A stretch of DNA of 64,000 nucleotides, taken from Mobula hypostoma. Lineage: Eukaryota. The stretch's first letter is position 1. The number at the start of each line of letters is the position of its first letter. Of the stretch, positions 1 to 11,005 are shown piece after piece. The notes below the pieces were generated by a model that worked only from the letters and a program-made list of their open reading frames with translations, was not told the DNA's origin and did no database searches. The position numbers and the translations under genes were made by a program. The stretch spans positions 155,806,001 through 155,870,000 of the forward strand of contig NC_086099.1 of NCBI RefSeq assembly GCF_963921235.1. The letters are read 5' to 3'.

Positions 1-3000
1 GAGTTAAGAAACTGTAAGGGTAAAAAGACCCTGATGGGAGTTATATATAGGCCCCTAAACAGTAGCCAGGATGTGGGCTACAAATTGCAATGGAAGATGA
101 AAAGAAACATGTCTAAAGGGCAATGTTACAATAGTCATGGGGGATTTTGATATGCAGATAGACTGGAAAAGTCTGGTTGGAGCTGGATCCCAAGAGAGAG
201 AATTTGTAGAATACCACGAGATGGCTTTTTAGAACAGTTTGTGGTTGAGCCCACTAGGGAAAAAGCTGTTCAGGATTGGGTGTTTGTAATGAACTGGATT
301 TGGTTAGTGGGCTCAGGGTAAAGGAAACCTTAGGACATAGTAATCATAATACGATAAACTTCATCCTGCAATTTGAGAGGGAGAAGCTAACGTCGGATGT
401 ATCAACTTTACAATGGAGTAAAGGGAATTATGGAGGCAAGAGAGAGGAGCTGGACAAAGTTGATTGGAAGGGAATACTAGCTGAGATGAGGGAAGAACAG
501 CAATAGCCGGGGTTTCTGGGAGGAAATCAGAAAGTGTAGAATAGATACATCCCAAAGAAGAAGATATATTTTTAGAGCAGGATGACACAACTGTGGTTGA
601 CAAGGGAAGTCAAAAGCAACATAAAAGCAAAAGAAAGAGCATATAACAGTGCAAAATTTAGTGGGAAGCTTTTAAAAACCAACAGAAAGCAACAAAAACG
701 TCTAAAGGGGGGAAGAAATGAAATATGAAGGTAAGCTAGCCAGTAATATCAAAGAGGAACAAACTCTTCTTGGGCTTCAAGCCAGGTACAGTTATCGATT
801 ATAACCAATGTTTCGATGACATACTCTGCCATCTTCTTCAGGGATGATACCTGAGCATGTCTAGTCCGAAGGTATCTATAGCCCCGTATTCCATCTCCCC
901 GACTGGTTAATCCTCATTCAATCAGGTTTCTATTCTCCAGGCTTGTTTACAATCGAATTCCAGTTCTTACTTAGAGCGAGACCTTCTATAGCTATTGACT
1001 TCGACAGCACAAAACTACTGTGTCGCACCAGTGGCTTTTGGGACCACCTGGTAAAGGAACCATTGAAATAAAATTAGAGGAAAAGAATTTTAACAAAGAC
1101 GAAGATCTCACTGTAAGTAAGAACTGGATTCTAAGCAAGGTGGGAGAGTGGAAACCTGACTGGATGAGGACTAACCAGTCAGGAGGGATAGAATACAGGG
1201 GTATAAATACCATCGGACTAGACATGCCCAGGCATCATCCTTAAGAAGGTGGCAGAGTCTGTCATCATTACATTCGTTATAATCAATACCTGTAATCATC
1301 TGGAAGCCCAAGAAGAGTTTATTCGTCATATACACTGGGAAAGCATTAGATCCTTTTTCAACATCAAAGAGAATACCAGATACCAAAATATATATATTTT
1401 CTTTATATATTTTTCAGATATATAAAGAATAAAAGAGAGGCAAGAGTAGATATCAGACTGCTAGAAAATAATGTTGGAGAGGTAGCAATGGGGGACAAGG
1501 AAATGATGGATTAACTAAATAAGTATTTTACATCCGTCTCCACTGTGGAAAAGAGTAGCAGTACGCTGAATGTTCGAGAGTGTCAGGGGGCAGAAGTGAG
1601 TGCAATTGTTATTACTGGGGAAAAGGTGTTTGGGAAGCTGGAAGGTCTAAAGGGGAATCAGTCACCTGGACAAGATGGACTGCAGCCCAGGGTTCTGAAA
1701 GGAGTGGCTGGGGAGATTGTGGAGGCATTGGTAATGATCTTTCAATAATCAGGGATTCTGGCATGGTTCCAGAGGACTGGAAAATTGCAAATTACAAGTA
1801 GGGAGGGAGGAGGAAGAAAGGAAAGTATAGACCAGTTAGCCTGACCTCAGTGCTGGGAAGATGCTGAAGTCGATTGTTAAGGATGAGGCCTCGGTACATG
1901 ATAAAATAGGCTGAAGTTTCCTTAACAGAAAATCTTGCCTGACAAATCTGTTGGAATGCTTTGAGCAAATAACAAGCAGGAGAGAACAATGAGAATTGGT
2001 GGATGTTGTGTACTTGGATTTTTAGAAGGCCTTTGTCAAGGTGCTGCAAATGAGGCTGCTTAACAAGATTGGGCCCCGTGATATTACAGGATAGATTCTA
2101 ACATGGATAAAACAGTGGCTGGTTGGCAGGAGGCAAAGAGAGGGAATAAAGGGAGCCTTTCTTGGTTGGCTGCCAGTGATTGGCAGTTATCGGTGTTGGA
2201 ACCACTTCATTTTATGCTATATATTAATGATTTGAATGATGGAATTGAGGGCTTTGTGGCCAAATTTTCAGGTGATACAAAGATAGGTGGAGGAGCAGGT
2301 AGCGTTGAGGAAGCAGGGAGGCTGTAAAAGGACTTGGACAGACTGGGAAAATGGGCAAGGAAGTGGCAAATGGAATACAGTGTTGGGATATGTATGGTCA
2401 TGCACTTTGGTAGAAGGAAAAAAAGTAGAGACTATTTTCTAAACAGGCAGAACATTCAAAAATCAGAGTGCAAAGGGACTTGGGAATCCTTGTGCAGTAT
2501 TTCCTAAAGGTTAATTTGCAGTGAGGAAGGCAAATACAATGTTAGCATTCATTTCAAGAGGACTAGAATATGAAACCATGGATGTAAAACTGTGGCTTTT
2601 TAAGGCACTGGTGACGCCTCACTTGGAGTATTGTGAGCAATTTTGGGCCCTCTTTCTAAGAAAGGATATGCTGGCATAGGAGAGTGTTCAGAGGAGGTTC
2701 ACGGGAATGATTCCAGGAATGAAACGGTTATTGTATGAGGAGTATTTAATAGCACTTGGCCTGTACTTGCTAAAATTTAGAAAACTGATGGGGGATCACA
2801 TTGAAACATATTGAACTTTGAAAGAAATAGATGGAGTGGATGTGGCGAGGATGTTTCCTGTAGTGGGGTAGTCTAGGATCAGAGGGCACAGCCTCAGAAA
2901 TGAGAGATGTCTGTTTAGAATGAAGATAAGGAGGAATTTCATTAGCCAGAGGGTGGTTATTCTGTGAAATGCATTGCTGCAGGTGACTATGGAGGCTAGG

Positions 3001-3176
3001 TCATTGAGTGTATTTAGGTGGAGGTTGAGAGGTTCTTGATTAGTCAGTGTGTGAAAGGTTACCGGGAGGAGGCAGGAGAATGGGATTGAGAGGGAAAATA
3101 GACCAGCCATTATGAAATGGCAGAGCAGACATGATGGGCCAAGTGGTCCAAATCTTCTCCTGTCTCTTATGGTCTA
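1..3176 (+). mobile_element. Degenerate CR1-clade LINE (endonuclease to 3' tail), interrupted by a Penelope-like insertion at 757-1359
   Basis: Frameshifted ORF2 fragments: LGHSNHNTINF (APE C-terminus), SPGQDGLQPRVLK, VPEDWKIAN, YINDL..VAKFSGDTKIGG (RT core). CR1-type 3' end near 3120-3176. Confidence 0.9.
757..1359 (+). mobile_element. 5'-truncated Penelope-like element with an inverted terminal-repeat copy
   Basis: Arms at about 761-986 and 1101-1320 are reverse complements (AAACTCTTCTTGGGCTTC / GAAGCCCAAGAAGAGTTT). The spacer encodes a GIY-YIG C-terminal-like string, IDFDSTKLLCRTSGFWD..IEIKLEEKNFNKDE. Flanked by AATATCAAAGAG (745-756) and AACATCAAAGAG (1360-1371), a probable TSD. Confidence 0.8.
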
Positions 3177-3669
3177 AAATAGCTTAAAATACATGCCTTT
3201 CCTTTTGCTTATTAATCTGCAGACCAAGAATCCCTTTTGATTTTAATAAGGTTCGAAGTTCAAAGCAAATTTATTATTAAAATACATACATGTCACCACA
3301 TACAACCCTGTGATTCATTTTCTTGAGGCAATCACAGTAAAATAAGACTCAGAATAGAATCAATGAAAGGATGCACCCACAGGACAAACCAAAACTAATG
3401 TGCAAAACAAAACAACAAACTGTGCAAATACAAAAAGAGAGGAAAAAATAAATAATAATAAATAAGCAATAAATATTGAGAACTTGAGATGTAAAGTCCT
3501 TCTGCCAATGGATTGCACCGGAAATTGAACAGCAGATCTTAGTGACAAATAATCACCAGCGGTCATATATTAAACCTTGAATTTCCTGGCTGATAGCTCA
3601 GCTTAGAAGTAAAAGATACTGTATTATGAAATTTTGCATCTGCCATGACTATCTACCTAAATGTTCTCC

Positions 3670-4150
3670 AGTACTCCGAGTTGGAACGCCATATTACGTC
3701 TATACAAGATATTGGTGAGGCCACATTTGAAATGTTCTGTGTGATTCTGGCTGACAGGCCACAGGAAGGCTGCGATTAGTTAGTGAGGGTGTGAAAGAAT
3801 TCCACAAGGATGTTTTCAGTGATAATAAGTCTGATTCTGATTATGGAAGGCATAAGTTCTCAGAAGGGACTGGGTCAGCTGGAATTGTTTTCTCTGCAGT
3901 GAAGGGGTCGAAGGTTATAGAGACTTTACACAGAGGCTTGTGGGTGCTTACACAATGCTGCTGGGAGAATGGTAGAAACATATACAATATCAGTATAAGG
4001 AGCATTTGGACATACACATGAACAAACAATGAATGGAGGGGAGTAGACCACGTGCGGGCAACTGGCATTAGTGTATATTGGCATCACGGTCGGTGCAGGC
4101 AGTGTGAGCTGATGAGCCTGCTCTTCTGCTATACTGCTTTATGTTCAATG
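3670..4150 (+). mobile_element. Old CR1 LINE 3' fragment
   Basis: Degenerate LYKILVRPHL-like coding sequence and a CR1-like tail. Confidence 0.6.
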
Positions 4151-4789
4151 TTCCATAAGTGTTTGAATACTAATATACTTGCAGTTCCTTATTTCTTCAA
4201 AGTCCTTTCTGCTATTTTGCTCCTCATATTTCAGACTCTATATTGAGGAAGCTAAATTTGTGCAACATCTGAGGCACTGTCAGCAAACTCATCCTGTTCT
4301 TTACTGAGTTGCACAATATTCCATAAAGGAGTTCTTCATTTTTTTTTCACTTGTTTTTCCAAATTCAGTAGGAAATGCCTTCATAATAGAGCAAAGGCAG
4401 GCTGTTCTGTTTTGCTGAAAATCTTACAAGAACATCACTGAAAAAAATGCAGGAAACATAAAATTGTCTTGTGGACTTTGTTCGGTATTACTGTCCTTAA
4501 GTTACTTTAAACTATAAAACACTATCTACTGATCCCCATTAATTATTCTGTAAAATACCATGAAAGTAAACTAGCTAAATGATTGTAGTTTGGACTGGTC
4601 CATCATGCAGCAACACACAAAATGCTGGAGGAACTTCACTTCAGTTATAAGATTTAAAAAGCTGAAAGAGCCAATAACAAATTAGAAAGGCAACTAATAT
4701 TAAATGTAACTCATTAAAAGGGCTGGTGGCATGATGGTGGCCTTTTTGCCTCCGTTTAAAATTGGATTTTCATTTTCTTTGTTTTGTAG

Positions 4790-4921
4790 TGAAAGAAGAA
4801 AGCAAATCACATGAGCTAGCTGAAGGAGTAAGCAAGGTTGGATCAGAAAGAGCTATGGTACTGGACAAACTTGCAAGTAATGTTGCAAAACGTAAAAGTT
4901 CAATGCCACAGAAGTTTGTTG
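4790..4921 (+). CDS. IKZF1: Ikaros penultimate coding exon (132 nt, phase 1-1)
   Basis: Translates [44 protein letters not shown], matching Ikaros [33 protein letters not shown]. Polypyrimidine tract with AG at 4788-4789 and donor GTAAGC at 4922. Confidence 0.95.
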
Positions 4922-6664
4922 GTAAGCATGAGAGAAACAAGTGCAATATTTGTTATATACAATTTCTCACATACAAGCTGTACACCAGTGGGCACTGGTT
5001 TACCGTTTGTTATTGACAGAACGTGTAAGTACCATTTTATAATCTGACCTGGCTGAATTTGAAATGGCTTTCTCTCATTTAGCCATTCATTCAAGGCCTA
5101 AAAGTCACTTTTAATTTTATGCAGTTCAATATTGACACATAGCTACAATTTTAAATCCTTTATTAATAAGTTCCAACTTATTTTTAAACAATAATATATC
5201 AAAAATTCTTTAAAATTTACTTTTATATTTTTGTCTATCAAGTTATCTTTTTAACATGAATCAAGAAAATCAGGTAATGACATGGAAGTTAATTTCTATC
5301 TACTTATAGGTGCTAAGTTTGTAATAGTAGTGGCTTGAGTAGGAAAGCTCTGTGAATTTAATATTTAATAACAAAATTTGAATAATATTGAAGTATTCAG
5401 AGTAAGGTGAAATATTACTAGTTGTAATGGGAAACCATAAAGGAATTTATGTGATTGACATAATTTTACATAAGACAAAAATTGAAATTCCTTGCTGAGA
5501 AAAGTGTAATTCAAAGCACATGCAAATCCTGCAAATATTATCTAGATTTTAGGGGTGGACTGATGGAACCAAGTTAATTCTGGTAATATTCAGTTCTTCT
5601 ATATATATGAGATGAGTTGCTAATTTTAAAACATTTATTTACTTTGGTTCATGTGTTGTTTGAGTGAAATGGGACCACAAGTCTTTTTACAATCAGAATG
5701 GACTGGTCATAATGACATACTGAATGACTGTTAGAGGTACAGTCAACTTAGTAGTTTGCAACTGAAGGCATGATCACCTATGGCAGAGTAAGGAAAAATT
5801 GTAATTCAATGTATTTATCAAACTATATTACGTTTTGGTATTTAGTTACGTTTTCTCTGTAGAATTAAACAAGAATGGTCAATTTAATTTTCAATAGCTA
5901 ATTTTACAATGAAATGCTAAATTAATTTAAATAAGCTTTTTAGTGTTATTCTAGTTTTATGGAACTTCATGTAACTTGACTTGCCCAAAAGTATGATGAA
6001 TAGGGATTTGATAAGTGATTCACAGTTGCTAAAAGTCTTCTTCAGACAGACCATGGAGATATAATTTAGGTGTTGATTGCCTTCAGTGTCATTGTGGAAA
6101 CTAGCATTTTGTCAGTTGTTTGGGGAGTATGTCAATGACAATAGATTTGAAAGTGGCATCAAAGATGTGAGAGAATCAATACCAGTATCTTGAAGGGAAC
6201 TTGGATGGTCAATATTTAGTAGGAATAGGGTGGAGGGAGCAGGAAGTGTCTCCTAGACCAGTTGTGATGATTTTGCAAAAGGCATAAAAACATACAGGAA
6301 CAGAAACTAGAGAAAAGTATGAGTTTGGGACCAAAGCTGGAAAGTTTTTTTTTATTGAGTCTGTTTAAAGTGTAAGAAGAAATAGGACAGTACAGTCCCA
6401 TCCTTAGCTGAAAAGAGTACTTCTTATTGGAAGTGTGACTGGATGAAACAGGGAAATATCATTTAAGAAGACAATTTATAGTAAGCAAAAAAAGCAGTGT
6501 GTTAATTCTGCAATCTGTGACCCTGGTTGATAGGGCAAAGACGTGGCCTTACTCCATTCATAACTGCTGACGGATATCTAAAGCAGTTAACTGCCCTGTC
6601 TGTTAAACTTCATATCTTCAATATTAATACCTAATGATTGAACCTAAAAAAAAGAAGAAAAAAC

Positions 6665-7190
6665 ACCGAATTATAGGAAAGATTTCAACAAAATTGAGAG
6701 AGTACAGAGAAGATTTACTAGAATGTTACCTGGGTTTCATCTCCTAAGTTATAGAGAAAGGTTGAACAAGTTAGGTCTTTATTCTTTGGAGCATATAAGT
6801 TGAGGGGGAATTGATAGAGGTATTTAAAATTATGAGGGGGATAGATAGAGTTGATGTGGATTGGCTTTTTCCATTGAGAGTGAGGGAGATTCAAACAAGA
6901 GGACATGAGTTGAGAGTTAAAGGGCGAAAGTCTAGGGGTAACATGAGGGGGAACTTCTTTACTCAGAGAGTGGTAGCTGTGTGGAACAAGCTTCCAGCAG
7001 AAGTGGTTGAGGCAGGTTTGATGTTGTCATTTAAAGTTAAATTGGATAGCTATATGGACGGGAAAGGAACGGAAGGTTATGGGCTGAGTGCAGGTCGGCG
7101 GTACTAGGTGAGAGTAAGAGTTCAGCAAGGACTAGAAGGGCCGAGATGGCCTGTTTCCATGCTGTAATTGTTATATGGTTATATATGGTA
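6665..7190 (+). mobile_element. CR1 LINE 3' fragment in the IKZF1 last intron
   Basis: IEVFKIMRGIDRVD..TRGHELRV..FFTQRVVAVWNKLP (CR1 ORF2 C-terminus) followed by a TTATATGG repeat tail. Confidence 0.9.
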
Positions 7191-10100
7191 TATCTTCATA
7201 TTCCTTGGGTCCTGAGATGATGTCTGTATGAGGGTAGTGGATAGGATAAGAGAGAGTAATGACTTTAATGGAGGGAAGGACTTTTGTTAACAAGATCAGT
7301 AGCTGCAGTAATGTGGGGAGGGGAGGAGAGGATGAATGATTATACAGCTGAGTTTAAAAAATTCGGATTGCTTTATTATTGTCACGTACTAAGATACAAT
7401 GAAAAGCTTGTATGCATATGGTTCATACAGATGAAATCAAATCAACAAAACAGCTTCAAGCGAAATGATAGATTTTTGCAGTGGTTGATACAAAAGTAGG
7501 ATTGGAAGGTTGGTGGAGGTTTTGGGGGCGTGAGTTTGGAGGACAACTAAATAAATATTAATAGCTCTCTCTGTGACTGAGACAATATGGAAAGATAGGC
7601 CATGGGAGAGGTCAGGATCATACAGGAGTCCGAGAATACAAATTGGAAAGTTGACATGGAGGATTCGTGGGTACAGAACTCCAAGAAAAGTGAACACATT
7701 AAGATCACCCAGCTGAGGGAGGAAGATAATAAACACTTGTCCTGAATGGCAGTTTAAAGTGAGAGGCATGGTAGTGGAAAATAATGAGAAGCTGAAGAAA
7801 GAGAAAGTACTAGAATAAAGAGCAATGTTGTAAATGAATGACATGAGCCAGATCACCTCCAAGATACTTGGAGTGGTGCAGTGGTTGGAACGTATAGCCA
7901 TTTAGGAGGAAGTTTTCATCACCTACAGTTCACATTTCCAGCAATGCACACATTTGCAGTAATCTTGTGGTTGGTAAGCAGATTTGTTTTTTAATTCTCA
8001 ACTAAGCAGGTATATTTGAGAGGTGTACAGAAAAGAGCAGTGATAGCTGCTACACTAGCAAAATCCACTGGATCAACACCAGTAGGATCAGCTGAACTGG
8101 AAGGATAACAGAAGGTGAGGGCACTGTAGGCAAGAGAATAGGGTATGTTATTAATGGTTCTGTTAATAAAGAGGCAACATTGGGAGGCATTAAACAGAAG
8201 ATATATCTGGTCAATAGCAAAGTTTTCTGAATTTAAAATAAAATTGAGATTACCCAATGCAATAGCAGAAATGAACAGGTTAATACACATATAATTCCTG
8301 TTTTAGCTATTAAAACAAAAGCATTGAACTGTCTGAAATATCAATTACCTAATTATTAAATGCATCCAAAATTATACAGAAACTATAACCTTTGTTATCA
8401 AGGCATAAAGAGCACGCTGTGCAATTTAAACTGAGTATAATTTAACTTATAAGAAAAAAACTGATTAAACTTTAAATTTTGATGCTCCTTGTGCAAAGCT
8501 TTACAATGCAAACAAATAGTGGAGATTTGGCTGTGTAACATTCCATGCAGCTTCCCAACTCCCTGCTCAATTAAATCCCTTTGCAATGAGTACTAATTTT
8601 ACATTTATACATACATAGCCAGATCTGTGTATTGTCAATGCATCTTAAGTAAGCATAAGCACTACCAAAAATGGAAATAGTAATAAACAATAAGACTTCT
8701 GAGTTACTAACCTTAAATTTTCTACAAAGATTTAGAAGTAATGAAAATCAAACACAAAAGGCAATTCAACCCATTGTGCATGTTCAGCACTTCAACCAGA
8801 AACGTTTCTTAATGCCTTCCATAAATTTAACGCATGTTTTCTTAAAAAGTTGCAATATGACATTTACCTGAGTGCTTCATTTATACAATCTAGGATTACC
8901 ACAAAGAATAAATCTAGGTTTATGATCCTCAATAAAATCCTAGTGATAATAACTGATTGACTCTGGTTAATAAAATACTTCCATTACTTTCCATAATGAC
9001 AAATACACACCAGGGCCTAACAATTGGATTATCTGCTTCTTGCTGTGCTAAATTAATGCTATGTTTAATAGTAAAGCCCAGCTGGGTTGGTGGGATTACT
9101 GAAAATGTTGAGAAATTAGGATATCCTGGCTTTCAGAATTCATTACTATACAGCTTTTCCCTGTTCCCTACTAGGAACCAACTCAAGTCACTTAAAGGGC
9201 ACTTTCTATGAAGATGATATATGTGAGGTGAATTTGGAAAATGTCTGGGAACAGGAGGAGAAGGAGAAGGTGGCATTCAGGTCTCCTCATTGAGATACTC
9301 CTATATTATTAAATATATGATGCTGCCCTGAGCTCCAAATGATCCCAGGCAATGGGACCATCCCTGTGGGGGTCCTTGTAGTCACACCTGATTCCTGACT
9401 TCCTGTGTGTTTTCCTGCTTGTATCACTGTGAGTGAGAAACAGAGGTCATGGGTTGTGGCCTTTTGATCCTTTTTCAGTTTGAAATTCAGTGATGATAGC
9501 CACGCACAGTGACAACATGCTGGTAGGGAATGTTACCCACAAGCTGTTAGAGTGAATTGCAATCAGAAGTGGCTTGTCCAATTTCCCAGTGGGGTGGGAC
9601 CTCAAAATAAAATGCGTGGGGAAAAACTACAGAATCAGTAGAAAATAACTTCTTATGCTTAATTCATGGATTTAAAAAGAATGTAGTTGGGTCAAGTTTC
9701 TAAGCGTACAAAGTAAATACATTCTGTTTAATTTTCTGTCCATTTTTGTGGTTTAAATTCCTTACCCATTCCCATCTGCTTATGGCAGATCTCATCATTT
9801 CTACTCCTAACACATAACTTTAGTTTGCTTTATCCCTTCACGGCACCTACCTTAGACACCCAGCTGTAAGCTCTATCCTTCCTCCTATTGTACAGTATTT
9901 CAGTTTATCCTCCATCATCACTGTACTTATTCCATGGATATATCAATAGCAATTTGGTTTTTCAGTATTCATATTTACTAATCTATGAAGAATGCTCATA
10001 AATGGATTTTAACTGGTTTGCCTTTACCACCAACCTTAAAAAATATGGATTTTATTTAGTATAAACATCTGTATTGTAGTTCCCTAGAACACATAATGAA

Positions 10101-10280
10101 TGCCGTTTCCAAATCAACAGTTCAAGCTGACGTTTTTTTTCTTTTCAGACTGAGCAGGTTTCTTTATGGCTTATACAAGTTTTACAGCTGTGGGATCCAT
10201 TAGTTGTATAGCAGGAAGTCTTACTTATCTAATCCTTGTAAAGTAATACCATATTGGTTGTTCATATGCTAATTACACAG

Positions 10281-11005
10281 GTGAAAAGACGCTGCAGCTT
10301 GGTATTTCAGAGCTTCAGTATGACGCTAATTCAAATTATGAAAAGGAGAATGAGATGATGCAGAATCATGTTTTGGATCAAGCAATTAACAATGCTATCA
10401 ATTATCTAGGGGCTGAATCCTTGCGTCCACTTGTCCAGACTCCTGCTGGAAGCTCTGAAGTTATACCGGTAATAAACAACATGTACCCTATGCAAAAATC
10501 ACATTCAGAAACTCTCAGTCATGCTAACAGTGCCACAAGCCAAAATGGTGCAGTTGAAAATCTAATATTTATTTCGCAAGCTAAGTCGCAGTCATCAGAA
10601 AGAGAACCGTCTCCAAGCAACAGTTGCCCAGACTCAACAGATACTGAGAGCAATAATGAAGAAAGGAACAACCTTATCTACCTAACTAATCATGTAGCTC
10701 CACAGGCAAGAAATGGTTTGCCATTGATAAAAGAAGACCAGAGATCCTATGACATTATGAGAGCAAGTATGGAACCTAATCAAGAAATCTTCAAAGTGAT
10801 TAGTGGTGATGGAGAACATATGAAAGTTTACAAATGTGAGCATTGCAGAGTTCTTTTCCTGGACCATGTGATGTTTACCATACACATGGGGTGCCATGGA
10901 TTCCGTGACCCTTTTGAATGCAACATGTGTGGGTACAGAAGTCAGGATAGATATGAATTTGCATCGCATATAACAAGAGGAGAACATTGTTTTCACATGA
11001 ACTAG
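10281..11005 (+). CDS. IKZF1: Ikaros last coding exon (activation region and two C-terminal dimerisation zinc fingers)
   Basis: Acceptor ACACAG ends at 10280, in frame with the upstream exon. [89 protein letters not shown]. Stop TAG at 11003-11005. Adjacent FIGNL1 supports IKZF1 over its paralogues. Confidence 0.97.

Noticed and set aside
4762-5016. 84-aa ORF as a standalone gene
   Set aside because: It is the IKZF1 exon 4790-4921 plus intronic read-through on both sides.
7437-8290. 154-aa and 99-aa minus-strand ORFs in the IKZF1 intron
   Set aside because: No domain or splice support; the region looks like highly decayed repeat sequence that I could not assign.
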